The notes under the pieces are model-generated. The model was not told the origin of the DNA and did not search any database. It saw nothing but the letters and a program-made list of their open reading frames with translations. Below, one piece after another: positions 1-13,016 of a DNA stretch of 64,000 nucleotides. Positions within the stretch are counted from its first letter, which is position 1. Each line of letters starts with the position of its first letter. The DNA lies in contig CM119372.1 of the NCBI GenBank assembly GCA_051294905.1, positions 15,254,001 through 15,318,000 of the forward strand. The letters run 5' to 3'. A program made the position numbers and the translations under genes. This DNA is from Botryllus schlosseri (Eukaryota).

Positions 1-87
1 GAAGAAGTACTTCTACTCGTACTTGAGTAGATTTTTTCGTCGCTACTTCTACTTGAGTAGCTTTCTTGACTACTTTGACCACCTCTG
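1..87. mobile_element. Right end of a hAT-type non-autonomous DNA transposon, cut by the window edge
   Basis: Ends in ...TACTTTGACCACCTCTG (reverse complement CAGAGGTGGTCAAAGTA) with repeated TACTTGAGTAG subterminal motifs. Confidence 0.5.
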
Positions 88-114
88 GGTATAACCTCTA
101 ATGTCAAACGTAGA

Positions 115-1533
115 ATGGAAGATCCAGATAGCGACGAGGGAGCTGTTGGATCTTGCGGGAATACCAAGATTCCTGCCAGGAAATTCGCGATCGTAGATAA
201 TCCCAACGCTACGACGACTTCTCAGCCATCGTCTAGTCAAAACGTTGATAGCTCTTCACCGAGCATTATACCGAGTGCATCATTGGCAACAACGGTGTCA
301 AGTGGGGGATCCGCATTCGTGACGGATCCCGTCAGTAGTATGACCGTTATAATTTCGAGCAGAGATAGGGTGATGACACGATATCACCCTGGGAAAGTTA
401 ACAGAGCTCTATACGCTATCATCGACAGCTATGCTGGTATCAAGCCACTCCCTTCGGGAGATCTTCTCCTTACGTGTCATAACCACAAGCAAGTGACTAT
501 GTTAGAATGCGTTTCATTATGTGACACGACCACAAATACTAAAATTGCTATCTCAGTTACACCTCACACCGCACAGAAGCCATACGCCAGTCGCGCAGTC
601 ATCAAAGGGGTACCCTTAGAAATACCGGAGAGTGAGTTGTTAGAAGACCTGCCTGCCAGTAGTGTTTCGCACCTCAAACGCCTGAAACGGAGGGCAGAGA
701 AAGGGTTTGAGCCAAGCCTGTCCGTCTTGCTATACTTTAGTTCAACAGAGGTACCCAACTACGTCACGTTCGGTTACCTACGCTTCCGCACGAGCACTTA
801 CAATCCACCGCCCACTCGCTGCTCCAGATGTAACAAATTCGGCCACACCTCTAAATCTTGCCGCGGAAAACCGAGCTGCACAAAATGGGGCGCCATGGAC
901 CATGCATACAATGAATGCCAAAATAACAGAAAATGCATCAATTGCAATGAAAATCATAGTGCCGCTTATGGCGGGTGCCCCGTCTATAAAGAGGCAAAAG
1001 TCCAAATTGTCAAAGAGAGGGCAAACCTCTCCTTCCCTGAGGCGAGGCATCAAGTACGTACACAGGATATCGTATCGGACTCTTCGACAACGCCGCAGGA
1101 TTCCATTTCTGCTTCGTCGACAATGCCAAAAGAGTCACACGCACATAAAGTCACCGCCAAAAGCAAATCATTGAAAGTCAGAAATCCCCTAAACAGAAAT
1201 ATACCAACCGCGCCATCACCCAATAACGGGGACTTGAGAGAACTACAGAGAAATCAATCACAACAATCTGCGTTACGAAACCCCACCGCAACACAGACTG
1301 ATGATACCACAGGCAACACGACAGTTCACTTGAAACAATTAGAACCGATGCAACTGCTGGTGATGGTAGCAGAAATCGTCCAGGTTACGATTTCAGCTTG
1401 CCAAACTGGCAACGGAAACATATTTAACATCGTCGCAGAAGCGTTTGGAAATTACTGGAAAGCATATCGACTCGACCTTGTTGCAGAAAATGTCGAAAAA
1501 CGCAAACAATCAAAATTCGGAGGTACGAAATGA
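115..1533 (+). CDS. LINE ORF1, gag-like nucleic acid-binding protein with three CCHC knuckles
   Basis: 472-aa ORF containing CSRCNKFGHTSKSC, CTKWGAMDHAYNEC (one Cys lost) and CINCNENHSAAYGGC. Confidence 0.88.
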   Translation: MEDPDSDEGAVGSCGNTKIPARKFAIVDNPNATTTSQPSSSQNVDSSSPSIIPSASLATTVSSGGSAFVTDPVSSMTVIISSRDRVMTRYHPGKVNRALYAIIDSYAGIKPLPSGDLLLTCHNHKQVTMLECVSLCDTTTNTKIAISVTPHTAQKPYASRAVIKGVPLEIPESELLEDLPASSVSHLKRLKRRAEKGFEPSLSVLLYFSSTEVPNYVTFGYLRFRTSTYNPPPTRCSRCNKFGHTSKSCRGKPSCTKWGAMDHAYNECQNNRKCINCNENHSAAYGGCPVYKEAKVQIVKERANLSFPEARHQVRTQDIVSDSSTTPQDSISASSTMPKESHAHKVTAKSKSLKVRNPLNRNIPTAPSPNNGDLRELQRNQSQQSALRNPTATQTDDTTGNTTVHLKQLEPMQLLVMVAEIVQVTISACQTGNGNIFNIVAEAFGNYWKAYRLDLVAENVEKRKQSKFGGTK

Positions 1534-3109
1534 AGCCACGGTCCCACAAAATCGCGATGGACAATAAACCGTTAACCATATTACAATGGAATTGCCGTAG
1601 TATATATAAAAAATTGCCGGAGTTCAAGCATTTTCTATCGACCCTAGATCACAAACCAGATGTTATTCTTTTGCAAGAGACTCACCTAATCGACAAATAT
1701 ACTCCGAAATTACGGGGTTATCGGCTTTACCGACGCGACAAGACGTACGGTTCACAAGGGTGGTCTGGCAGCTTGTGTTGCAGAATCTCTGAGTTGTCGC
1801 GAGGACGTTTCCGTGGCATCGAATTGCTTCGAGTTGATGTGCCTAAGACTTGCCAACATAACTATATGCAACGTCTATATACCTCCCGATTGCACTTTGA
1901 GCCAAGACGACCTCTCTTTCTTGTCATCTTTAGAGTCGCGGTCACTCATTTGTGGTGACTTTAATGCTCACCATTGGGCATGGAGCCATCGCTCAAACCA
2001 ACGGGGTAACCGACTTTATGAGTATATTGACAGGCATAACTTTGTTTTGCTCAACACTTCGCAACCGACGAGAATCAACCTATCCGCAGATGCCATACAT
2101 ATATCGCTCATCCCTGATTGATTTAACCCTTGCGACACCAGACATTGCGGCTTGTTGTCACACCAGCGTGCCAGGTCACCTCATTGGCATCGATCACTTT
2201 TTAGTGTCCACGACATTTCACTGCAATGTGGCACGTTCGCCAAAAATACCAAGATGGGTTTTTAAAAAAGCCAACTGGCTGGATTTCTCGCAGAACGTGG
2301 ACCGTGCCCTCAGCAGCCCTATGCCGGAAAATGTACAGCAACTCAATACTACTCTCACAAATACCACAGTCAATTCCGCCAAAATCACAATTCCCCGGAC
2401 GCGAAACACCAACAAGATCCCTGTGCCTTGGTGGAATAAGGACTGTGAAAGGGCCGTTCGACGCAAGAAAGCCGCATTCTTGAAAATGAAAAGATCTTTC
2501 AATTACCGTGACGTGATCTGCTTTGAGCGACTGCGGTCGGAATGCCGCAAAACCATTCTGACTGCAAAGAGGTCGTGCTGGGAAGAGTTTTGCAATTCTA
2601 TTAACCGAAAAACGGACTTCCGCAAGGTGTGGAAAATTGTGGCATCGATGTCCGGGGCCTCCGCACCTCGCACAATACCGATACTCAATGTCAACAACAC
2701 TACATTGTAGGCCGATCGATCCAAAGCCGAAGCCCTCTCGGCGGCTTTCTGTAAAGTTAGTAGTAACGCGAATTACCCAGTGACCTTCATGCAGTCTAGA
2801 AATGAAATCGAAAGAATTCAAATGTCCACCGCAAGTTCAAATCGTATTAGAGGTGAATTGAACATACCCTTCAGTATGTCAGAGTTGGAATGCGCAATAC
2901 GCTCCCGGAAAGACACGTCTCCAGGGGGCGATTCAATTTGTTATGCAATGTTGAAACATATTTCCGGCAACTCGCTGCAGCATCTACTACGCCTCTTCAA
3001 TGCATCCTGGGACAGCGGAGAAATTCCCTTCGACTGGAAGCATTCTATTGTAATCCCGATTCTCAAGAAAGGCAAAGATGGCACCGATCCCAAGTCATAT
3101 CGACCAATT

Positions 3110-4723
3110 CAGGGCTTTGGAGCCGGAGCCCGGAGCCGGAGCCCCGGAGCCGTGCATTTTTACCGGAGCTGGAGCCGGAGCTCTATATAAAATTCAGCCG
3201 GAGCCGGAGCTGGAGCTGGAGCCAGTTATTTGAGGGGTAGCTCCGGCTCCGACGTATTTCATAAAATGCTATCATATATGCAACAACCATATCTGCCGAG
3301 TTCACCGAATTCAACAGCAAACCTTCGCCAAATCAAGAATCTGTTCCTCCTTGGCGCTAACCATGTTCATTGGTATTTAATAGTAGAGCAGTCGTATGTT
3401 CAATGTTGAATTTTCATACATGAGAGCCGAACCTCGGTATGCGACATATGCCTGTCAATATTGTGGGTATTCATCATACCCGCAATTTCATCATCAGCAC
3501 AAACTTGTTGGCCAATTGTATACGGTTCGAAAATAATGATCACTATGTATTACGCGAAAAGGGAGAGATTATAAAAACGTGATTTCGTTGCACATTTCGA
3601 TATGACGAGCACGAGCCGAGAAATTCCATCTCATCGTTGCTATATATAGGAATCGGATAAGCAAATACTCGTTTTTTCGTGATAGTTCTTTAGTCGGGCC
3701 GCGAAAGTGGACAGTGTTATTGCGAGTATGCAATTATGCATGCTAATTGAAATTCATTACTGCGCATCATTGTCATTCACTCCAGTAAGGATTTTCGAGC
3801 TTAAATAGGGGATGACAATGACATAAGAGTAGGCCAAAACCCCATGGTATTCTATGTTGGAGACAAACTGCTAATTTGATACGCGATTTCCAATTTGTAA
3901 TCAGCTGTTTCGTAAACTTGTAAATATGCAATGTGCATACTGCATAGTTTAATTCGTTATTGGCATGGCGCAATGTGCATGGCGCAGTGCTTATTTCGAT
4001 TATTCGATTCATTTCAACGGGACAATATTATTACGATAACTTGATCGACACCGGATGGACTGGTAACGAGTGCACCAATATCGAACGTCAAACCATAGGC
4101 CATTTGGTACAAATCGAATTTCTATTTATCACGTCGTTATATCTGCCCATTTTGCCCCTACTACAGTTACAGTTGAATAATAATCGCACATGTGAAGATT
4201 GAGCTGTATGGCCTAATGGCAATGAGTACAGTGCCAGTGTTAAAACGTCGCATCAGAATTTTAATGCTGTGGCACGGAGTAAAGTGCTTTTTTAGTTTAT
4301 TGTAATAGACGACGATTTACTAAAAATGTGACTGGACCCTGGATATGCCAATGTGTCGAAACTGATATTTTAGTCCAGTCATCAACATCCCAAGTGCCGC
4401 GGCCAGACTAATCATATTTTTGGTTGGCCTAGCTACTTCACAATCTGAGCAATTTAATTTCGATAATATAACATAATTTCGATAATATAATAAGAAATTA
4501 GCTCGCGGGCTACTCAAAGCCTTCTCGCGGGCCACATATGGTCCGCAGGCCGCGGGCTGCTCACCCCTGATATAGACAGACACCTTCGATAGTTTTCAGA
4601 GCCGGAGCTGGAGCAGTGGTAATAATGCTGCTCCGGAGCTGGAGCCGGAGCTGATGTATGATAGAAGAAAGCTCCGGAGCCGGAGCTGGAGCAATGCAAA
4701 TTTACGGCTGCTCCGAAGCCCTG
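3110..4723. mobile_element. hAT-type MITE with (GGAGCC)n subterminal repeats
   Basis: TIR CAGGGCTTTGGAGC / GCTCCGAAGCCCTG; 8-bp TSD GACCAATT at 3102-3109 and 4724-4731. Confidence 0.9.
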
Positions 4724-5038
4724 GACCAATTTCTCTTACGAGTCATCTCTGCAAAGGGATGGAGGTTATGGTCGCAAATAGAATACGCTGGCACTTGAAG
4801 GCCAACAATTTGCTACATCCCTCTCAGTCAGGATTCCGAAAGGGGAGATGTACTCTAGACCAGTGGTTCTCAACCACCGGTCCGCGGACCGGTGCCGGTC
4901 CGCGAGATATATTACAATTTTATATCTTAATGTCAAGATGCAATTTTGAAGGCAACAAGCACATATCATATACGAGCTGACTCATCGCTAAACAGCGCAG
5001 TTTACGCGATCATTCGTTTTTGATCCATTCATTTCGGG

Positions 5039-5572
5039 CAGGACCGTAACTGGGGCCCCCAAACCGCCCAATTGGAGAGGGGCCGAGCTTGAAAAGGGCC
5101 CAAAATTATTTTGCAAATGAACAAAAATCAGAGTGTAATTTTTGTAAAACTTTTTTCAACATTTTTCAACTTCTTTTCGCGCTTTGCGCCATTTAGTGTC
5201 ACTAAATGCCATGCTTATAGATGCCCCTTATCCGAAAAATACGCATGATTGATATAAATAGGCATTTCGGCGTCAGCCACTACAGCGCCGCGACGTACCA
5301 ACACAAGTTCAGGCTAACATGGGACTCTGAAGGTTATGCCAAAAATTCGGCAGCGACAATACCGATTCAGTCATGAATGATCGGAAATGTTCACTATTGG
5401 CGCTAGAAAGCTGCATAAACTTTCTGCTTACACTGAGTAGAATGAAAGTCCTCACAAGTCCAGGTGAAAACATCCACCCAACTGTAGGGTCTAGGGGCGA
5501 AGCCCCCGGAAGTTTGGCTTATCACCCTGTGTGGGCCCAAGACCAGCGTTTTTGGGGTGAGCTGACGAAGTA
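5039..5572. mobile_element. Truncated copy of the CAGGACCGTA-ended MITE, same family as 61637-62644
   Basis: Starts CAGGACCGTAAC; shares GGGCCCAAAATTATTT and TATCACCCTGT...GGCCCAAGACC...GCTGACGAAGT with the 61637 copy. Confidence 0.6.
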
Positions 5573-5907
5573 ATTTTTCGGCCCGGGTTTGCGCATGGCC
5601 GGTACAGCTGCTGTAAGGTTTTGTCTTGCGACACGCATTGTATTCGTAGTTGCCAGAGTAGCCTGCGTCTGGTGGTAGTGTTCAATGAGCAAAGTAGCAC
5701 GACAAGGTGCTTGGTTCTACTCCCAAACGCTTCCTCTCTACATATTGTCAAAGAGAAGAATATTATTCGTGTTGGTGGCGTCGGTTAAACCCACGGCCTT
5801 CGGCGCGAAAGACTGTAAACGACTCTCGGCGGTAGCACGTTTATCTGGACAAGGCAATTTTACCTCGACTCAGAAGACCCACTGCCATAAAATCACACGG
5901 ATGCCAT

Positions 5908-6183
5908 AGTGGCGAGATAGCACAGTGGTATAATCCGCGGCTGCGTCACCAATGGGTGTGGGTTCGAGTCCGACCGAGGTCGACCTAAGTGTTGGCGGTT
6001 CACCTAGACTCATCCTCGCCACCTCTTTCGCGTCAGCGGTGTCATACAAAAAGCCTAGCGGTGGGCCGTGCTATAAGTCGGCAGATAAGGAAAAATAAGA
6101 AGATATCGGCCTGGTGTAAATGACCATAGTAGTCGACAAGCACCATGAATACCCCAAAACAAACAAACAAACAAACAAACAAA
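5908..6183 (+). mobile_element. tRNA-derived SINE
   Basis: A box TAGCACAGTGG (5918-5928), B box GGTTCGAGTCC (5961-5971), (CAAA)n tail, and a 12-bp TSD CA(C/T)GGATGCCAT at 5896-5907 and 6184-6195. Confidence 0.8.
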
Positions 6184-8595
6184 CATGGATGCCATCATGA
6201 ATATTATTATGATCAAAACCCTCTGAATATCGCACTCTAACACCATATAATTGCAAAAAACGGTTGCATACTTTACATTTTGGCTTCATTACAATTTTGA
6301 AAGTTCACCGGTCCGCCAGACATTTTTGGAAATTTTACCGGTCCGCGAGGTGAAAAAGGTTGAGAACCACTGCTCTAGACCACGCCATACGACTCCATGA
6401 CTCGATATACAAGTCTATCAATAACCAACGCTCAACGATAGCCGTATTTCTCGATATTGAACGCGCTTACGACATGGTTTGGCAAAAAGGTTTACTATTG
6501 AAGCTATCTCGGCTTGGTATTGGTGATAAAGCGCTCTGTTGGATCCAGAATTTCCCAACAAATCGAACCTACCAAGTGCGTGTCGGGAATACGCTGTCCG
6601 ATGTAAACAGCCTCGATAACGGAATCCCCCAAGGAAGCGTTTTGAGTCCGTTGCTTTTCACCGTGATGTTAAACGATATGCCCCTAGATGTTCGAAGCAT
6701 TTACGCGGATGACTGTGCCATATGGGAGAGCGGGCTTGGTATACCCACGATCGTTTCATCAATTCAGAGGTCTCTAAACTCGGTGCAGGAATGGTGTAGT
6801 AAATGGGGATTCGTCCTCTCAAAAACGAAGTCTGTAGCAATGCTCTTCACTAGGAAAAGAAAGATTCCCGATGTGTACTTGCACATTGACGGAAAACGAA
6901 TCACCCTCGTTGACAACTTCAAGTATCTTGGTATTACTTTTGATAAGTTGTTGACGTATAAAACACACATTGACAACGTCGCGAAAAAATGCTCCAGAAG
7001 AATGGGATTACTTCGTGTCGTCACAAACACCGCATGGGGTGCTAATAAACACGCACTCCTACAGTTATACAGATCTCTTATCAGATCCGTCATCGACTAT
7101 GGTATGCCGGCATACTTTTTCACATCGAAGTATAACACTCACAAATTAGGGCTCATACAGAACCAAGCTTTACGCTTGTGTTGCGGAGCAATGCGGAGTA
7201 CACCCATATGTGCTTTGCAAGCCGCATGTAACGAACCGCCTCTCCACATTCGACACAAATATTTGTGTATGAATTATCGGTGCCACTTGCTTGGTCAGGA
7301 ATTCAACCAACACCCATAAACCGAACTACTAACTGATACATGGCATGAAATTCACTCCTTGATAAGACCAAACTTCAAGACGTTCAATACCCTGTCAAAA
7401 TCCCCTATTCTGGAACGGTTAATGGTGGAAAAAGAACGAATTCAGTTCGTGGCACCCTGGACAGTTCCACCTCCCACGGTCGACAGATCATTACTTCGGC
7501 TTATACGAAAGGGGGACTCGCCGATCTCAGTGAACTCGTGTTTCAGAGATTACCTTTTCGAGCGCCACGACCAAGCCGTCGAGATCTACACAGACGGTTC
7601 TAAGACGGATACAGCAACGGCTTTCGCGATTTTCATACCATCTCAGTCAGTCCGACTTACCCAGATCTGCCCGAGTTTATTTTCTGTTTTCCGAGTTTAT
7701 TTTCTGTTTTCCAAGTGGAGATGCTAGCTATCGCTAATGCCCTATCGTGGATAAACAATCATGGCAGTCGAACCGATAAATATGTTATTCTGACAGATTG
7801 TCTTAGTGTTCTGAACACAATCGCCACCCCGAACCGCACACCGAGCAGAACGTTCAATAAGATTTTTCCTCCCTTCCTGCAGATGGTAGGGATGGGGATC
7901 GACGTTGCCTTCTCCTGGGTTCCAGGACATAGTGGCATTCCCGGCAATGAGGTTGCAGATGAACTTGCACGTTCCACCGCCTCTTTCGCATTTGACAGTC
8001 AGTCAGTCAGTCAGTCAGTCAGTCAGGGAATACCTCAAATTACCTTTAGAGATGTCAAGAACGAAGTACGCAAATACGTCTGGACTGAGTGGCAGAACGA
8101 GTACCGTTCAACAGAGACGGGAAACCACTACAAACGTTTCCACCAAACGGTACAAACAACGTTTCCCTAGATGCACAGATCGCGTTTGTATGAAACGATA
8201 ATATTCCGTCTCCGGTCGGGCCATTGTCGCCTAAAAGGGCATTTATTTAAAATAGGCTGCATCGACACGCCTTTCTGTGACTTATGCCTCGTACCCGAGA
8301 ATGTGGATCACTTCCTCCTCGCATGCCCAAAATACGATTGGCACTGAGCATATTTGATTGATTTCTGCTTGAACTTGAAAGTTGAGTTCACCACATATAA
8401 CCTTCTCGTACGACCAGAACTTCTCTCGCCTCTCGTCGAGTTCGTCCTGGCCAGCAATGTTTTGATTTGAACAAATTTTCCTTAAGGTACACGATTTGCG
8501 ACAGGTAATACGACATTTCTGTCGTGGCGCACCAGACCGATAAGGTGACAAGCGCCACAATGTCCCATTTTCAAAATTAATAATAATAATAATAA

Positions 8596-9287
8596 TACGA
8601 TTACAGCCCAGCACCAGTGACAGAAAACGAACAAGTAAAAATTCTGTGGGATGTACCAGTTATAACTGACCGCGAAATCAGGAGCAACCGCCCGGATATA
8701 ATCGTCAAACTAAAAAAGAAAAGAGAATGCTTATTCATTGAACTGGCTGTCCCAGCTGATCACAACCTACTGCAAAAAGAATCAGAAAAATACTCCAAAT
8801 ACGCAGACCTCAAAATGGAATGTGAGAAAATGTGGCGATGCAAAATAAACATTGTACCGATAGTCATTGGTGCTACAGGGGTCGTGAGCAAAAAACTCAT
8901 GAGACATATCCAACAAATTCCGGGTAACGTTCGATTCGACATGATCCAAAAGATCACATTATTGGGCACTGTGCACATTCTTCGGAAGGCCCTGAATGCA
9001 CCACTGGACTAAAATTACACTTGTGAATCACAGCATAATTTCTGTAATTTCGATTCTTCATCTTCAATCATCTCTACCTCTGCTCTGTAACCCTTGCCAA
9101 TTCTTCATCTGCTGCAATTCTGTAATCTGACTTCTCCGTGTATTGCATAGGAATAACAATTTGAATGTATTACTGAAATTTTAAAAATTTACTCCAATCT
9201 CGCCATTTTCCTTTGGGGGCAGGTTGCTCCCCGGATTATGTGTGTATCTACCAGTTTTACTGTGAATAAAGAGAATAATAATAATAA
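8596..9287 (+). mobile_element. R4/Dong-like RLE non-LTR retrotransposon, 5'-truncated copy A
   Basis: ORF 8617-9012 with ILWD...RPDII...FIELAVP...KYADL (restriction-like endonuclease), shared 3'UTR, AATAAA and TAA tail. Confidence 0.85.
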
Positions 9288-10629
9288 AAGGTGGTCGAGG
9301 ACTACAAGAAATTGAACAAACTTTCAAAACAGAAATCATCGGCTTGTCACAGTACATCAACAACAGCGATAACATTTACTGCAAACTCATTGCACAGGAA
9401 GACAAACAACGCAAAACAAAATCACTGAGCTATCGTCACGACAAGTACGTCAAAGAAGTCAACATAGAAACAGCTAACCTGTACACTGCAGAAAACACTG
9501 TTGCTAAACCCACAACAATAGCAAAAGCAGCACGAGTCCGATACAAAAATGCAACGCTCAAAATGAGAGAAACGATATGGGAGTCGATGCCTCTTCATGG
9601 ACAGCACAAGAAGTTAACTTCACAGCCCCATGTAGACGAGCTTTCAAGGACCTGGCTATCCAGCTCTGGCCTGAAACCGGCAAGCGAAGGATTCATTTTC
9701 GCAGCACAAGACCAATCGCTTCCTACAAAATACTATCGCAAAAGAATTCTGAAGCAAAACACGGACGGCAAATGCAGAATGTGCCACAACCAAAATGAAA
9801 CTGTAGCACATCTCATGTCCGGCTGTGGTGCACTTGCAGCTACCGAATACACATGGAGACACAATAGGATTGGTCACTACATTCATCTTGAATTATGCAA
9901 ACATTTTAACATCACCACTTCGACAAAAAATTGGTACGATTACAGCCCAGCACCAGTGACAGAAAACGAACAAGTAAAAATTCTGTGGGATGTACCAGTT
10001 ATAACTGACCGCGAAATCAGGAGCAACCGCCCGGATATAATCGTCAAACTAAAAAAGAAAAGAGAATGCTTATTCATTGAACTGGCTGTCCCAGCTGATC
10101 ACAACCTACTGCAAAAAGAATCAGAAAAATACTCCAAATACGCAGACCTCAAAATGGAATGTGAGAAAATGTGGCGATGCAAAATAAACATTGTACCGAT
10201 AGTCATTGGTGCTACAGGGGTCGTGAGCAAAAAACTCATGAGACATATCCAACAAATTCCGGGTAACGTTCGATTCGACATGATCTAAAAGATCACATTA
10301 TTGGGCACTGTGCACATTCTTCGGAAGGCCCTGAATGCACCACTGGACTAAAATTACACTTGTGAATCACAGCATAATTTCTGTAATTTCGATTCTTCAT
10401 CTTCAATCATCTCTACCTCTGCTCTGTAACCCTTGCCAATTCTTCATCTGCTGCAATTCTGTAATCTGACTTCTCCGTGTATTGCATAGGAATAACAATT
10501 TGAATGTATTACTGAAATTTTAAAAATTTACTCCAATCTCGCCATTTTCCTTTGGGGGCAGGTTGCTCCCCGGATTATGTGTGTATCTACCAGTTTTACT
10601 GTGAATAAAGAGAATAAGAATAATAATAA
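9288..10629 (+). mobile_element. R4/Dong-like retrotransposon, 5'-truncated copy B
   Basis: Starts at the GGRGL motif; CRMC...HLMSGC knuckle, RHN and RPDI endonuclease motifs; premature stop at 10286-10288; same 3'UTR and TAA tail. Confidence 0.87.
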
Positions 10630-11133
10630 ATGCTCAAAACTCACCATACGACGCGGAAGAGCCACCAGCACTGGCGACATGAACTTCAAAATGGACGAAA
10701 CCATAACAGAATTGAATGCCGAAGATCACTATAAATATCTAAGGATCTGTGAAAGCGACAACATTAAACATGCTGCAATGAAATCTAAAGTCTAAAAAAA
10801 GAATACATCAGCAGGCTCAAGTCAATTCTCAAGACTGAACCCAATTCTAAAAACAAAATCAATGCCATAAACAGTCTTGCAGTGCCTGTCTTGAGATATA
10901 GCTTGGGTGTGGTGAACTGGCGCAAAGATGAAATTGAACAAACTTTCAAAACAGAAATCATCGGCTTGTCACAGTACATCAACAGAGAGAGAGAGAGAGA
11001 GAGAGTCTTTATTTCATCGAACCAAAATACATAACAAACGGCAGTGATGGTGGTACAGAAACTATGCGTGCACAGTATTCGGTATTAGATAGGAATGATC
11101 GATAAGACCGTGAAGGTCATCTAGTCTGATCAC

Positions 11134-11149
11134 ATTTGGTTGTATTAAG
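11134..11149 (+). other. 3'-most 16 nt of the spliced leader at the LINE 5' end
   Basis: ATTTGGTTGTATTAAG exactly at the insertion junction. Confidence 0.75.
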
Positions 11150-11210
11150 ATTATATCTTGTAAGATTTATATCTAAAAGTAGCATATACATCATAAGTTA
11201 TAGCTGCAAC

Positions 11211-12083
11211 ATGCCACCCAAGATGCCTCCCAAGAAATCTGAACAAAGTGAAGCTGATGCCATTCGCAAGTTGCTTCCAAGATTCGAAGATGAACTACTT
11301 GCCAGGATAAAAGATGACCTGCCATCAATCATCAATATATGTCTACAGGAACTTCTTAAATCAAGATCGTATGATACCTCCAAATTGCAACATTCTCTTG
11401 ATGCGATAAATGTATCAATCAAAGAACTGAACAATGATATCCAGACAGTAAAACATGCACAGCAATTTCAAAGCGAAAAATTTGATGAATTAATGAACGA
11501 GATTACTCAGGTCCAGAAGATGGCGAAAGCAAATGCTGAAAACATACGAGAGAACACTGAATTAATCAATTCGTACAAAGAATATTCTACACAATTGGAA
11601 GGAAAACTGGAGGAATTTGACAGACTCTCTCGCATGGAAATTCTGGAATTTCACAACATTCCAGAACAGGAAAATGAAAGCACTGATAGCCTCATCAAAG
11701 AATTACTTTCTCTCATGAACATTGATATTTCGGAAAATGACATTGATTACTCATTTAGAAGACGAAAAGCTAAAAATAAAGAAACTGGTCCCATTATTGC
11801 TAAATTTATCTCCCGCAAAACTAGGAACCACATCACGTCTTATTCTCGCTCGAACCTCAAAGCTGCTCACAACTCCATAAACATACCAGATGTATCGAAA
11901 GTTTTTGTTGTGGAAAATCTCACACCAAAAGCACTGAATCTGCTTTTCAAGGCAAAAGACCAAAAAAAGAAATCAGGATATTCCTTTCTCTGGACAAGAA
12001 ATGGCAAAATTCTTGCAAGAAAACATTCCGACGCCAACATACTTGTCATCGAGAATGAACAAGATTTAGTAAAGATGAGTTAA
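11211..12083 (+). CDS. ORF1 of the plus-strand LINE (coiled coil plus RNA-binding domain)
   Basis: First ATG after the SL (MPPKMPPKK); LEFHNIPE, ENLT and WTRNGKILARK motifs. Confidence 0.82.
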   Translation: MPPKMPPKKSEQSEADAIRKLLPRFEDELLARIKDDLPSIINICLQELLKSRSYDTSKLQHSLDAINVSIKELNNDIQTVKHAQQFQSEKFDELMNEITQVQKMAKANAENIRENTELINSYKEYSTQLEGKLEEFDRLSRMEILEFHNIPEQENESTDSLIKELLSLMNIDISENDIDYSFRRRKAKNKETGPIIAKFISRKTRNHITSYSRSNLKAAHNSINIPDVSKVFVVENLTPKALNLLFKAKDQKKKSGYSFLWTRNGKILARKHSDANILVIENEQDLVKMS

Positions 12084-12741
12084 ATTCCTGTTATATGGCT
12101 ATCAGAACTTCTGTCTCTATTATAATGCTTAACCAGCAGTATAATTTGGAAAAAGTGTTTCCTTTCTCACACCTCGGTAATATAGAATTTCATAATTTAT
12201 TTTCCTGTGATAACAGACCCTAACTTCTGACACAAGAAAATCACATAACCTTAAAACTAATAAGATTGATTTTTTGAATGTACAGGACTGTAAATACCAG
12301 GATACAGAACGTGGTCCACCATATATCAAATTCAGAAGTTTTGGCCGAAATGCAATGCTCCTGGGCCATGTAAATATTAGATCAATACAGAAGAATTTTG
12401 ACGAATTACACAATTTTCTTTGCTCCCTTGACTATCCTATTTCAATTCTTGGTATATCTGAGACCAAACTAAAGAATGACCCAATAGACAATATAACTAT
12501 AGATGGCTATACATTTATTCACAGTCCCACTGAATCCAATGCTGGTGGAGTGGGATTTTATATCAATAATAATGTTTCTTACAAACTGTTGAGTGAATAT
12601 GCTCTTCAAGAATGCAATATTGAACAACTCTGGATTGAGTTTGAAGGATCCAACAGTGATTCAAAAAACATAGTCTGCGGTGTGATCTATCGACACCCAA
12701 AAGGCAACTTGAAGAACTTCATAGATAATCTCTCATCTAGT

Positions 12742-12908
12742 TGTACTCGAAGATGTATATATTCAAATAAGTAATAAAACACGTCAACTGAAACAGCAAC
12801 ACACAGACTCCCCCACGTCCACTACACGCTTCCACTTCTTACTACCCCACGACTCCGAGCCGCCACCAAGCGTCTCTTTGTTCGATGGTTTGCATGAAGC
12901 ACATCACA
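12742..12908 (-). repeat. Gypsy 3' LTR
   Basis: Identical to 16773-16939. Confidence 0.95.
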
Positions 12909-13016
12909 TCCCCCCCTGATCTAAAGATCACAAAATTGCAGTTACAGTAATAACCCCAAAGACAGCAAAAAGAAAACGAGGCAAGAACAAAAACCAAGCA
13001 AAGGTAAAATGTCCAC

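Larger units (their letters stand above)
4861..6372. mobile_element. hAT (Charlie-like) MITE with nested repeats
   Basis: TIR CAGTGGTTCTCAACC / GGTTGAGAACCACTG; 8-bp TSD CTCTAGAC at 4853-4860 and 6373-6380. Confidence 0.92.
1530..8470 (+). pseudogene. LINE ORF2 (AP endonuclease, reverse transcriptase, RNase H, C-terminal CCHC), frameshifted and split by two MITEs
   Basis: ILQWNCRS, LQET and GDFNAHH (APE); YRPI|SLTS rejoins across MITE 3110-4723; GIPQGSVLSP and YADD (RT); IYTDGSK and WVPGHSGIPGNEVAD (RNase H); RLRSGH...CDLC...HFLLAC near 8200-8335. Confidence 0.9.
88..8596 (+). mobile_element. I-clade (I/Nimb/Ingi-like) non-LTR retrotransposon, degenerate, with nested insertions
   Basis: Zinc-knuckle ORF1, ORF2 in the order APE-RT-RNase H-CCHC, 3' stem GTGGCGC...GCGCCAC (~8524-8557), and a (TAA)n tail at ~8577-8596. 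Confidence 0.9.

Noticed and set aside
5908..5990. Functional tRNA gene
   Set aside because: It has A and B boxes but continues into a SINE body with a (CAAA)n tail and TSD; I could not form a convincing cloverleaf
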